NCBI GenBank assembly: GCA_963788005.1
Contig: CAWBFH010000023.1
Coordinates: 61,539-125,538, forward strand
DNA: 64,000 nt
Direction: 5' to 3'
Source of the DNA: an uncultured Solirubrobacterales bacterium
Lineage (GTDB): Bacteria; Actinomycetota; Thermoleophilia; Solirubrobacterales; Solirubrobacteraceae
The notes under the pieces were generated by a model. It was not told where the DNA came from. It searched no databases and saw only the letters and a list, made by a program, of their open reading frames with translations. Positions 31,423-41,885 of this stretch are shown here, piece by piece (position 1 is the stretch's first letter; each line of letters begins with the position of its first letter). The position numbers and the translations under genes were made by a program.

Positions 31423-31566
31423 GCCACGACGGCGGTCGTCCGGCGCCATCTGACCCGGACGAGGGCAAAGGCGACCTGGGGAGCGCGCGCCACTCGGCGG
31501 CGACGCGGCGCGTCTGCGACTCGTGCACCGATCCCCGCATGGGTTATAGGATTCCGCCGTGGGCAC
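31423..31566. repeat. Possible diverged third copy of the A/B repeat
   Basis: GCCACGACGGCGGTCGTCC matches the TIR 14/19 (all transitions), internal CCTGGGGAGCG, right end GATTCCGCCGTGG similar to GATTGCCACCGTGG. Confidence 0.4.
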
Positions 31567-31957
31567 TGCGGGCTTCAGGTGTGCTGTCTTCGCCTTCGTG
31601 GCCGTGACGTTTCTCTCGGTGTCCTCCGCGGTCGCAAGCACCCGCATCCGGGTCTATGAGAACCCGGCCGTCATCCAGGGTCTGAAGGTTCGGCCTTCGA
31701 CGCTGACGATGTCAGCTGACGGCAACTACACGATTACGGGTCTGCGTTGGAACAGGTGGGGTTCGTCGGCGGCTCGGGCGCGCGGGATCAACCACGTCAA
31801 CAACTGCGTTCCGGACTGCGCGGGCGGTCACATTAGAAAGGTTCGCGTATCGGTTCGGCTGTTGAGTAGGGGCTACTACAGGGGGAAGTACGTTTACAGG
31901 TGCTACGCGGTCAAGCCCGCGGCGGCGGCGTATCTACGGCGCTTCTGCCTGCCGTAG
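31559..31957 (+). CDS. Small secreted protein, Cys-containing, unknown function
   Basis: Signal peptide, VRPSTL...ADGN..ITGLRWNRWG...NNCVPDCAGG pattern recalled from actinobacterial secreted hypotheticals. Confidence 0.7.
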   Translation: MGTAGFRCAVFAFVAVTFLSVSSAVASTRIRVYENPAVIQGLKVRPSTLTMSADGNYTITGLRWNRWGSSAARARGINHVNNCVPDCAGGHIRKVRVSVRLLSRGYYRGKYVYRCYAVKPAAAAYLRRFCLP

Positions 31958-32056
31958 TTGGCGCCCCGAGCCGGAAGAAGCTTTGTAGCTGTCGTCAAAA
32001 GGTGACTGTGATCGATCCACGGCAGTGAGGGGTTAGTTGCGCACAGCTCGCCGCGC

Positions 32057-32680
32057 TTACGGTGCGAGGCGGCTGATCAGACCCTTCTTGACCGCGGGCC
32101 ACTCTGCGGCGAGGATCGAGTAGAACGCGGAGTCTCGGATCGTGCCGTCGGCGCCCATTCGCTCAGCTCGCCGGACCCCCTCGAGCTTGGCTCCGAGGCG
32201 TTCGACCGCCAACCGCGAGCGATCGTTACGCGCATCGATGCGGAACGCGACCCGGTGCACGCCCCAGGTCTCGAAGGCGTGGGACAGCATCAGCAGCTTG
32301 GCCTCGGTGTTACACGCGGTTCGCTGCGCGGACGCTCGCAGCCACTTGTACCCGATCATGCACGCGTCAGGGCGCCCATCGCGCTGCGGATTCTCCGCGG
32401 GTAAGCGCCAGCGTTCCAGCTCGTAGAAACGGGTCGAGCCAACGATCCGGTCAAGAGTGCACGAGTACATTGCGAAGGGCAGCTCGCGGTCAGCTTCGCG
32501 TGCGGTGAGCGTGTCCTGTACCCACGCCGACATCTCGGGTTCGTTATCGGGTGCGGTGCTGAAGCGAAACGACGATGGATTCTCGATGATGGCAGCGACG
32601 AGCGCCGGTACGTGTTCGAGGGCCAAAGGCTCCAAGCGGACGTGCTTGCCGGCAAGGGTCAGATCGTGATGGCGCTCCAT
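32057..32680 (-). CDS. GNAT N-acetyltransferase (RimJ/RimL type)
   Basis: VRLEPLALEH, IVGSTRF, NTEAKLLMLSHAFE, NDRSRLAVERLGAKLEGVRR. Confidence 0.92.
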   Translation of the reverse strand: MERHHDLTLAGKHVRLEPLALEHVPALVAAIIENPSSFRFSTAPDNEPEMSAWVQDTLTAREADRELPFAMYSCTLDRIVGSTRFYELERWRLPAENPQRDGRPDACMIGYKWLRASAQRTACNTEAKLLMLSHAFETWGVHRVAFRIDARNDRSRLAVERLGAKLEGVRRAERMGADGTIRDSAFYSILAAEWPAVKKGLISRLAP

Positions 32681-32935
32681 CGCCGCCAGCGTACGCCACC
32701 GCTGGCTGCCGCGGCATATGTCGGTCCCGCTGGCGCCCGTCGACTTCCCATGTGGCAGCGATCGTTGCGGCTGGCATAAGAGCGTTATGACTCGAACGCC
32801 GAGTCCGACTCTCGTAACGCGGTAGTAACACCGTTATGGGGCTGTTACCCCCGGCGGGGTATCACGACGGGCCTCACGGAGAGTGTCGACGAAACGGAGC
32901 CCGAACTGCGACGAACGGAGCTGGCTAGCGGTCGC

Positions 32936-33248
32936 TTGCGCCGTGTCCTGTCAATCGGTTTCGTTGCGGCGGGGATGGCAGTATCGATGGCGGCGTGCGG
33001 GAGTTCTGATTCTCAGCGTCACGCGTCGGCCGACCCGTTGCTGGCGCGCTCTCAGTGCATGCGCGCACACGGAGTCAGGAACTTCCCCGATCCGGTCAGG
33101 GTCAACGGGAGCGAAGGCTTCCCGAACACGATCGGCCAGCCGGCCGGCTCGTCGGTGTCGATTGAGGGCATCACATTTTCGAGGACCTGTGTTTGTCGCC
33201 GCCGAGGAGGCATGCGCTAGCGTCGGGTCGCCGCTCCCGGGGGTATGA
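32936..33248 (+). CDS. Putative lipoprotein (CMRAHGV..FPDP family), frameshift near 33180
   Basis: Lipobox MAAC, QCMRAHGVRNFPDP; next frame continues GPVFVAAEEACAS. Confidence 0.6.
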
Positions 33249-33410
33249 ACGGCTGTGAGAGCACGGCCGTTATTACAAGAAGCTCGGGGCAGGGTCAGCC
33301 GATCTCGCTGCCCGGCGTGCGTGAGAGCACGAACAGACGTGATCCAGTCCGGGCCGACCCGGGATCACCCGGGAGCCGGAATTCGCTGGTCCGAGTGCAT
33401 TTTCCGGCTC
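33248..33410. other. Array of five consecutive hairpins (candidate structured RNA)
   Basis: Stems at 33248-33271, 33287-33313, 33316-33331, 33339-33368, 33373-33410; GTGAGAGCACG occurs twice (33255, 33321). Confidence 0.4.
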
Positions 33411-34113
33411 GCTTTACGTTGGCCACGGGCGTACAATTACTCCGATCTGACCACCACTCGCGGCACACGCTACGAAGCGCGCTCGCCATGTTGCGCGCAA
33501 CTGGTGAGCTAGTGCCAGTCGAGCACACTCCGAAGGAGTTGATCTGGTGAGCGGAGGATCTTTCTCATATGCGGGCGCGTCTAACCCGGGGCCGATCCAC
33601 GCGGGGACACACGCTGTTGCCGACGAGGCGGCCCGGAACGCGCTGCGTCATCCAGACGATGACGATCCCGGCGACACTGACGGCGACGTGGGCGGCCTGC
33701 GGGTGAGCCTGCGGCGGCTGCTCGGGCATCGCCGTAAGGACGCCCGGTCGTAGGCGATCACACGCCAGTTTCGCCGGCGCCAACAGGCCCAATACGCGTC
33801 TGAAGGGCGCTGATCGCGTCGAGCAGCTCCTCGATGTGGTGATCGAGCAGCGGTTCGTCGCGTCGTAGTTCCTCGACCGCGTTAGCGCGGTGGAGGTCGG
33901 GACGCTTGTCGTGCCGGTGGTTATTCACGTCGTTGTCGGCGGATGGGTCGGGCGCTGGACACCCCCAGCATGGCTTCATGCCGCCATTGGTAAACACGCC
34001 TGCGGCCCCAGAGTCGCGCCACCGCTCGTGGATCATCGCGACCCACGAGACCAACGTCGTTATCGGCAACCCGGCGAGAGCTGCTCTCGCCGACGGCCTT
34101 CAGACCGGGCCAG

Positions 34114-34821
34114 CTACGTGCTGCAGGCGCGGACAGCCGTCATGACGACCTCCGCGACCTCCTTGGGGTGAGAGGTCATGGCGACGTGCGAGGACCCTTC
34201 GATCTCGGTCACCGTCGCGCCCATGCGCTCGTAGCTGAAGTGGTGGACGCCGGGGTCAATGCACCTGTCGGCGGTCGGAAGCACCGCCCAGACTGGACGG
34301 TTGCGCCACGCCGGGGTTGGCGCCGCTTCGGTGAGCGCAACGCCGGCGAGGGGCCTCTGGGTGATCGCGTAGAACGCCGCGTCGTCGGCCGGGAGGTCGG
34401 CGCAGAATGACTCGTGGAAGCCGTCAAGCGCGAGCGTGAACTCGGCACCGCCGTCAGGCAACTTGTGCTGCACGATGTAGGGGATGATCCCCGGCGGGGG
34501 GAACTTGGACTGCAGGTCGGTCAGGTTCTCGCCCTCGTCGGGAGCGAACCCGGAGATATAGACGAGCCCGACCACGTTGTCAGCCGTGCCGGCCGCGGTG
34601 ATCACCGAACCCCCGTAGGAATGACCCACAAGCAGGACCGGCCCGTCGATCTCACCGATGACGCCCTTGAGGTACTCGCCGTCGCCGCCGGTCAGACCTC
34701 GCAGCGGATTCGGCGGAGCGATGATCGTCAGGTCTTCGCCGAGAAGCTCGTCGTATAGGCCTCGAAAGCCGGACGCGTCAGCGAACGCGCCGTGGACGAG
34801 GACGATGGCGGGATTGGCCAT
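34114..34821 (-). CDS. Alpha/beta hydrolase
   Basis: IVLVHGAFADASG, LLVGHSYGG nucleophile elbow, YISGFAPD, GSSHVAMTSHP. Confidence 0.92.
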   Translation of the reverse strand: MANPAIVLVHGAFADASGFRGLYDELLGEDLTIIAPPNPLRGLTGGDGEYLKGVIGEIDGPVLLVGHSYGGSVITAAGTADNVVGLVYISGFAPDEGENLTDLQSKFPPPGIIPYIVQHKLPDGGAEFTLALDGFHESFCADLPADDAAFYAITQRPLAGVALTEAAPTPAWRNRPVWAVLPTADRCIDPGVHHFSYERMGATVTEIEGSSHVAMTSHPKEVAEVVMTAVRACST

Positions 34822-34995
34822 TGCGGATTACCTCTTTCGAGTCGGATGAACGCTGCACGCGAATCTGTGACGATGAGCGCATCGGTGGTCTGGTGGGCGG
34901 AGGAGGCCTGGGAGACGCCGCCGGCCGAGCATCGCCTCGCGGTCCGCTGCTACGACCGCGACACGGGACGGTCGGTCGGCCGCGTAGCTTAGTTC

Positions 34996-35065
34996 CTAGG
35001 CCGCGGCGGCCGCTGTGAAGAAGTCGAGAAGCAGTTGGTTGACGCGTTCAGCTGCTCCCTGGCTG
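34996..35065 (-). pseudogene. C-terminal remnant of an epoxide-hydrolase-type alpha/beta hydrolase
   Basis: QGAAERVNQLLLDFFTAAAAA* is a typical hydrolase C-terminal helix. Confidence 0.45.
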
Positions 35066-35179
35066 CGTCCATACCTCGCACCGACCGTCACCCCGACCGA
35101 GGCGGATACGTCGTGTGGCCCCGGCCGGCAGGACGCCGTCGTCCTGCCGCCGGCTGGCTAGTGCCGACGTCGTGCCCGA

Positions 35180-35315
35180 CGCGAGGGACCGTGCCGCCTC
35201 GATGATGAGGCTGGCGACGGCATCTGGCTGGGAGACGTAGATGGCGTGGCTGCCGGGGACCTCGTTGGTTGTCGCGCCGGTCCGCTCGGCCATCGTGCGC
35301 TGCGCGCTCCGGGAA
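35180..35315 (-). pseudogene. C-terminal remnant of a second alpha/beta hydrolase, fused in frame to the LuxR ORF
   Basis: AQRTMAERTGATTNEVPGSHAIYVSQPDAVASLIIEAA parallels ERMGATVTEIEGSSHVAMTSHPKEVAEVV of 34114-34821. Confidence 0.7.
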
Positions 35316-35319
35316 CATC

Positions 35320-38125
35320 GGTCGTAGGTCAGTGCAGATACCGTCGGCGGTGAGCCAGGCGGGTCGCCGATGTTCCGATTGAGCGCCGACGCCCTGGGCT
35401 GCGAGTGGGCGATTGAGGCTCCTGCGCGGTCAGCTCGTCGCGCGCCTCCGGGACGCGGCGCCGGCTGCGCTCGCCCGACGCCCGCAGCTCTCGGCGCGCC
35501 TGCTCGCCACACCCTCGGCTGCAGCTGAAGGCGATCTGAAAGCTCCTGCGCAACGGTCAGCGTCGCGCGCGCTTCGGGGACAGCGCCGGCTACGCTCGCC
35601 CACCCCGCAGCCGTCGGCTGCTCGCCCCACCGTGGTGCGCTGACGGCGTCGAATAGGTCCCGCGCCTCGCGCAGCGGCGCGCGGGACTCCATTACGCGCC
35701 GACGGCGGCGCAGCCAGCGGCCGTAGGCGAGTAGAAGGCGGCCACGCCAGAAGGGCCAGCGATCGAGGTCGCTGGAGAGCGCCTCCTCGAAGCGTGCGGA
35801 GGCGTCGGGCTCGTCATCGGCGAGCACGGCGCGGGCATGGCGCAAGCTGATCGTGATCCACTCAGCCGGGGCATCGCCCACCATTGCCTCCACTTCCGCC
35901 ACCCGATCGCGCGCCGCCTGCGACCTGTCGGAGCCGGCCGCGGCCTCCGCAAGGTCACCGATGCCCATGCAGGCGAAATGCAGATGGCAGGCCGCGTCCC
36001 GGGGGTCAAACAGTCGCTCGGCGTAATGGAATGCCTCGGCGTGCCGACCCTGCGCGAGCGCCGACAAGACCGGCCCGGATTGGGCTAGGGCCAAGAGATG
36101 CGTGGCGCCGAGCGGCAACGCGAGCTGCTCGGCGCGCAAGGTCGCGCGGTCGGTCGCCTCGGGGTCACCGCGCACGGCACCGATCATGGCCACCGCCGTT
36201 TCAGCGGTGGCGAGCCAGATCGGCTGGCTGAACTCGGTCGCCAGCCGGCACGCCTCCTCGGCGGCCGGGATCGCGATCTCCCAGCGAGGCAGGCGAACCG
36301 CCAGGATCGCCTGGGTCGCCAGCAGGCGGGGCAGTCGCCCGAGCCGTCCCTCGGCGCGGGCACGGTCGATCGCGATCGCGCAGAACCGCAGGCTGTCGTT
36401 GAAGGCGCCAATGACCATTCCGGCCGAAGTCAGAAATCCGGCTGCCTCCACGTCCAGCGTGGCGCTGTCCGCTGCGTCGCGCAGGCACGCCACGACCTTC
36501 GACGCGTTGGCGTACGGATGGGCATAGGCGTGGACCGAGACCAGCCGGGGATCCTCCGCCGTCGGAGGCCCCGCGCGATCGGCGGCGTCGACTACGAGCT
36601 GCCGAATCTCCGGAGCTGGGCTCGCCCACCACGTGCGCGCGGCGGCAATCCAAAGCAGGTTCTCGTAGACGTCGCGATCACCTGCCGCGCGCGCCTGCTC
36701 GGCGGTCGCAATCAGACTGGCCACCCGTGCGCGATCCGCCAGCGCGTGTGCATCCAGTAGCTCGCTGATGTAGCGGGCGCGCGCGGCCTCCAGAGGCGTC
36801 AGATCCACGCGTTCGATCTCGCTCAGCATCGCCTTCGCGATGTCCGGCCGCCCACGCTCAAAGGCCAGGTCAGCCGTGGCAAGCATCCGTCCGGCCCGGT
36901 GGTCGGGCGCGCTGAGCCGCACCGCCCGGCGCAGCGCGGTCAGCGCGACATCGACGGCGCCCCGGCGCCGGGCGCGGGCTCCGGCCTCTTCGAGTTCACG
37001 GGCAAGGTTCTCGTGGGTCCCGCTCAGCAATGCGGCGCGGTGCCAGACGCGGCGGTCGGGATCGGCCTCGAGTACCGCGGCGAGCGCCTCGTGCACGCGA
37101 CGACGCTGCTTGAAGCCGGCGCTCTGCCAGACTGCGGAACGAATCAGCGGATGGCGGAAATGGATGGAGTCGACGTCGACGTCGATGAGCTCGGCCTCGA
37201 CGGCCGGTTCCAGCGCCTCGACATCGAGCGAAGTCTCGGCCACTGAGCTCGCCGCCCGGAGGATCTCGTCGAGGCCGTCGGAGTCGCTCAGCGCCGCGAC
37301 CAGGACGACCAGCCGCGTGCTCTCAGGCAGATCGGAGACGCGGCCGGCGAAGGCGCGCTCAAGACGCTCGGTCAGCGGCAGGTTGCCAGAGACGGGTTGC
37401 TCGTCCCCGTTCTGCCCGGCCGCCGTCGGCAGCTCGAGAAGCGCCAGAGGATTCCCCGCGGCCTCAGCGAGCACACGGCTGCGCGTAGTCAGCGCGAGGC
37501 CCGGCGCCGCCGCGTCAAGGAGCGCCGCCGCCGTCTCGTCGTCGAGGACCGTCAGCCTGTGTTCGGGCAGTCCCGCATCGGCAAGCGCCGCGGGGTAACC
37601 GTCGCGGGCGGCGGCGAGCAACAGCACGGGGTCGGACTCAATTCGCCGAGCCACGAACGCGAGCACGTCTGCGGTCGGGCGATCGAGCCAGTGCGCGTCG
37701 TCGACGACCAGCAGCAGCGGGCCGTCGCCGGCGACTTCGGAGATGAGATCGAGAACGGCCATAGCGATCCGGTAGAGCTCCGGCGCAATCTCGTACGTCA
37801 AACCGAACGCGGCGTCCAGCGCATCTCGCTGAATACGAGGCAGCACGGCCGCGCGTTCCCGTACCGGACGGAGCAGTTGATGAAGAGCGGCAAATGGCAG
37901 ATGCGCCTCGGACTGCACACCGTTCGCGGTGAGCACGGCCATGCCTCGCTCACGCGCCTGTCGCGCAGCTTCAGCGAGCAGACGCGACTTTCCGATCCCC
38001 GGCTCGCCGCGGAGCACGAGCGGCTGGCCACGTGTCGTGACGTCGTCCAACAGCGACGCCAGCAGCCCTTGTTCGTCTGCGCGACCGAGCAACGGCGCGA
38101 TCTCGTCGCGTGCCGGTCCGAGCAT
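35320..38125 (-). pseudogene. Large ATP-binding LuxR-family (LAL/MalT-like) regulator with damaged C-terminal HTH
   Basis: LLGRADEQGLL, GEPGIGKSRLL (Walker A), VVDDAHWLD, GNPLALLEL, FRHPLIRSAV; HTH region ELTAQE.QIA is duplicated and frameshifted. Confidence 0.85.
35392..35630. repeat. About 119-bp imperfect tandem duplication
   Basis: 35392-35510 vs 35511-35630 share GCTCCTGCGC..GGTCAG, GCGCCGGCT.CGCTCGCCC and CTGCTCGCC. Confidence 0.8.
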
Positions 38126-38184
38126 AAGAGACTCATCGTCGCAGTTCAGGCGAGCGCGTTGACCTGGCATCGCATGATCGAGCG

Positions 38185-41031
38185 ATGCGGTAGTCGCACC
38201 GTAGACTCGCTGATCTGGGATCGGCAGCCTCTTCCACTCCCGTCGTTCGCGGTCGTGACGCTGAACTCGAGGTGATCGGAGTTCAGCTTCACCGGGTCAG
38301 CTCGGGCGCCGGGGCGGTGGTGCTCGTCGAGGGAGATCCGGGCATGGGCAAGACCCGGCTCCTTGCCGAGGCTGCCCGGGTTGCGCGACGGCTCGGGTTC
38401 CGACTTGGTGTCGGCGCTGCCGAGCCAGGTGCTCGGGTCAGCGAGCTTGCGCCGTTGATGACGGCGCTGTTCGACGGCCGACGCCCGGTGCTCGAGCGCG
38501 CGGCCCTGCGCGAGCCCCTGTCACCACCGGAGCAGCGGTACTGGCTGCTGCAGGACCTCCAGGCGATGCTCGAGCGAGCCGCGCTCGAAGAGCCGCTGCT
38601 GATCTCGCTCGATGACCTGCAATGGGCCGATACCGGGACCGCCGCGGCGCTGCGCGCGCTGCCGGTACGGCTCGCGGACATGCCGATCGCCTGGCTCCTC
38701 GCGTTCCGCCCCGACCAAGGCTCGGCACAGCTGCGCGGCGCGCTCGAGCATCTCGAGCAGAACGGCGGCCAAGGGATCGGGCTCGGCCCCTTGGATGACG
38801 CTGCCGTGGCGCAAGTGGCCGCGGATGTGATGGACGCCGAGCCCGATGACGCGCTACTCGACCTCGCCAAGGGCGCGCAGGGCAGCCCGTTCGTGCTCAC
38901 TGAGCTGCTCTCGGGCCTCCGCGATGAGGATCTGGTGCGCGTCGTCGCCGGCCAAGCCGAGCTCGTCGAGGCGCGCCTCCCCCGGCGGGTCGCGTTCACG
39001 ATGCGCGAGCGCCTCCGAGGCCTGTCCGCGCCGGCGCGCGAGGCCGCGATGGTCGCCGCCTCACTCGGCCGTCGGTTCTCGTTCGCCGACCTGGCTAAGT
39101 TGCTCGACCGGTCACCGGCGACGCTGCTCGGGCCGGTGGAGGAGCTCATCGACTGCGGGATGGTGGTCGAGAGCCGCGACCGGCTTGCCTTCAGGCACGA
39201 CGTCACTCGGGATGCGGTCCGCGAAAGCGTGCCCGTATCCGCCCGTCGGGCGCTTGACCGGCACGCCGCCGAGGTGCTGGTTGCGGCCGGCGCCGCGCCG
39301 GTCGAGGTGGCGGCGCAGATCGCGGCGAGCGCCGAGCCCGGTGACGAGCAGGCGATCTCGATCCTGTTGCGAGCCGGCGAAGCCTTGGCGAGCAGCGACC
39401 CCGGCGCCGGTGCCGATCTCAGCCGTCGGGCCCTGGAGCTCGCGCCGCGCGAGCACGGCCTGCGCGGGGCGCTGCTCGCGCAAACCGCCGTCCTGCTCCA
39501 TTCCGCCGGGCGCGTCGATGAAGCGCGCGCGTTTGCCGACACCCAGCTCCGCGACGCGCTGCCGGCAGAGCAGGAGGCCGAGGTGCTGCTGAGCATCGCG
39601 GGGATGTTCCGTATCCCGCCCGACGCGCGGGCCGCCGCGGGCCGGCAGGCCCTTACGCTGCCCGGCCTTCCGCCCCACTTGCGTGCTCAGCACCTGGCCG
39701 CGTTGTTCCACAATCTGCTCGTCGCCGGCCGCGCGGACCAAGGGCGAGCAATCCACGCCGAAACGGCGGCGGCGATCGAGGCCAGCGGGGATCCGAACGC
39801 GGCGTTCGCGTTCGCTCTCGCCGAGTCCGTCACCGCGCACGCGGATGGGCGCTACCAGGACTCACTCGACATGACCGAGGAGGCCGCCCGCGCGGGTATC
39901 GACACGACGGACTGGGCACGCGACCGTCTAGCTCAGGAGTGGCGCTGCGAGACGCGCACCGTGCTGGACCGGGTGGATGACTCGCTTCGCCTGGCCGCCG
40001 ACGGCATCCAGGCGGCCCAGCGCGACCGAAACGGTTGGGCGATCCGCATCTTCGAGATCTGGCGCGGTCGACAGCTCTACCAGCTGGGCCGGCTCGACGA
40101 CGCGGCGGCGATCCTCGACGGGCAGTTCAGCCCGGAGACCGGCGATCGCTTCGTTGGCACGCTCGACGCTGCGGGCATCGTCGCCCTGGGGCGAGTCGCG
40201 CTACACCGCGGTGACGGGCGTCTGCAACAGCGAACGGCCCGTCTCGCGCGTGGCCTACTCGAGGATGCGACGCCGAACTACCGGCGCGAGGCGGCCTGGC
40301 TTCTCGCACTGCAGGCGATGGCTTCCGGTGATCCCGAGGCAGCGCACGGTTGGCTGTGCGCCCTCGGCAAGGATCAGCGCACGGCGATCCTGCCGCTGTT
40401 TCCGGTCGACGTGACCGACGAGCCTCAGCTTGTCCGGATCGCGCGCGCCGCCAATGACCAGGAACTGGCCGAGGTCGCGGCTGCCCAAGCAGAGCGGCGT
40501 GCCGGGCTGAATCCGGGGGTCGTCACAATCGTCGCGACCGCCGCCCACGCCCGCGGGCTGCTCACGGCGGACCTTGACCACCTCGAACGCGCCGCCGCCC
40601 TGTTCGCCACTGGGCCGCGGCCGTTGGCTCGAGCCTCGGCCCTCGAGGACCTCGGCGTCGCCCACGCGCGCGCCGGCGCGAGCGAAGCCGCGATCGAGGC
40701 ACTGGACGGCGCGCTGGTCCTGTATGCGGAGGCCGGCGCCGGCTGGGACGCGAGCCGCGTGCGAAGCCGGCTCCGTGACCACGGCGTGCGGCGGCGGCTC
40801 GTTGCGCGCGAGCGCGCCGCTGCGGGCTGGGACGCGCTGACCGACTCAGAGCTCGCTGTTGCGCGCCTCGTCGCCGAAGGGCTCACCAACCGCGAAGTCG
40901 CCGAGCGGCTGTTCGTGTCCCCGCACACCGTCTCCAGCCACCTGCGAAGCGTGTTCGTCAAGCTCGACATCAACTCGCGGCTCGCGCTCGCTCGGATCGC
41001 GACCGAGCATCAGTCGGCAACTGCGGCATAA
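38185..41031 (+). CDS. Second LAL/MalT-like LuxR regulator with intact HTH; start codon uncertain
   Basis: PVVRGRDAELEVI, EGDPGMGKTRLL, SLDDLQWAD, GSPFVLTELL, C-terminal LTDSELAVARLVAEGLTNREVAERLFVSPHTVSSHLRSVFVKL; ATG 38185 is followed by an in-frame TAG at 38191. Confidence 0.9.
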
Positions 41032-41165
41032 GAGATCACACAAACCTGCGATGCCGCTGTGAGCCGGGTGAGGCAGCCTCCCGGTCTACAACCGTCGCCG
41101 CCGCGCCGAGCGCTCGACGCTGCTTTGTGACCGCTGGGCGCCGACGGCCTCACCAGGGAGCTGCC

Positions 41166-41879
41166 ATGTCCGCGGAGAGCAAACCGAGCATCGTCTTCTG
41201 CCACGGGATCTGGGCAGACGGCTCATGTTTCAGCAAAGTGATCCCCACCCTCCAGGCCGAGGGACACCGCGTGATCGCCGCGCAGTACGGGCTCGACACG
41301 CCCGAGGAGGACGTCGCGACGGTCATCCGGAGCCTGAACCGCGTCGACGGTCCGGCGATCCTCGTCGGACACTCCTACGGCGGGTCGGTGATCACCGCCG
41401 CCGGCACAGACGATCGTGTCGCCGGGCTGGTCTACATCGCTGCCCTGGCGCCTGACGCTGACGAGACCTCCCAGAGCCTGCAGGAGAAGTTCCCCGCCAC
41501 CGACGTGTTCGGACACATCGAGGTTGCCGATGGACGTCTGTGGTTGCTGCCCGACGGCATTGACTGCTTCGCCGGAGATCTCCCGGAGGCGGAGCAACAG
41601 CTCCTGTGGGCCACGCATTACGCACCCGCTGCCGACCTGTTCAGCCGCGACGCCGAGGGCGTCGCATGGCGCTCGAAGCCCAGCTGGTACATCCGCGCGG
41701 CCAACGACCGCACCGTCCATCCCGACCTCGAGCGCTTCGTCGCCGAACGCATGGGCGCCACGACGTACGACGTCGACAGCAGCCACGTCGCCATGCTGTC
41801 GCACCCGGACGTCGTGATCGACGTCATTCGCACCGCCGCCAACGCGGTGCAGGCGTCGCCAACCGCGGCGTCGGCCTAG
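41166..41879 (+). CDS. Alpha/beta hydrolase
   Basis: FCHGIWADGS, LVGHSYGG, YIAALAPD, SSHVAMLSHP. Confidence 0.92.
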   Translation: MSAESKPSIVFCHGIWADGSCFSKVIPTLQAEGHRVIAAQYGLDTPEEDVATVIRSLNRVDGPAILVGHSYGGSVITAAGTDDRVAGLVYIAALAPDADETSQSLQEKFPATDVFGHIEVADGRLWLLPDGIDCFAGDLPEAEQQLLWATHYAPAADLFSRDAEGVAWRSKPSWYIRAANDRTVHPDLERFVAERMGATTYDVDSSHVAMLSHPDVVIDVIRTAANAVQASPTAASA

Positions 41880-41885
41880 GGCGAC

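Noticed and set aside
32800-32860. ECF-sigma promoter or operator from clustered GTAAC/GTTAC words
   Set aside because: Spacing does not fit a -35/-10 consensus; too short to support
33339-33360. RNase P RNA (AGTCCGGGC similarity)
   Set aside because: Lacks GAGGAAAGTCC and the downstream conserved P4 elements
33373-33410. Group II intron domain V (starts GAGCCG)
   Set aside because: The 3' bulge is about 6 nt rather than 2, there is no GNRA loop, no domain VI and no RT/maturase ORF nearby
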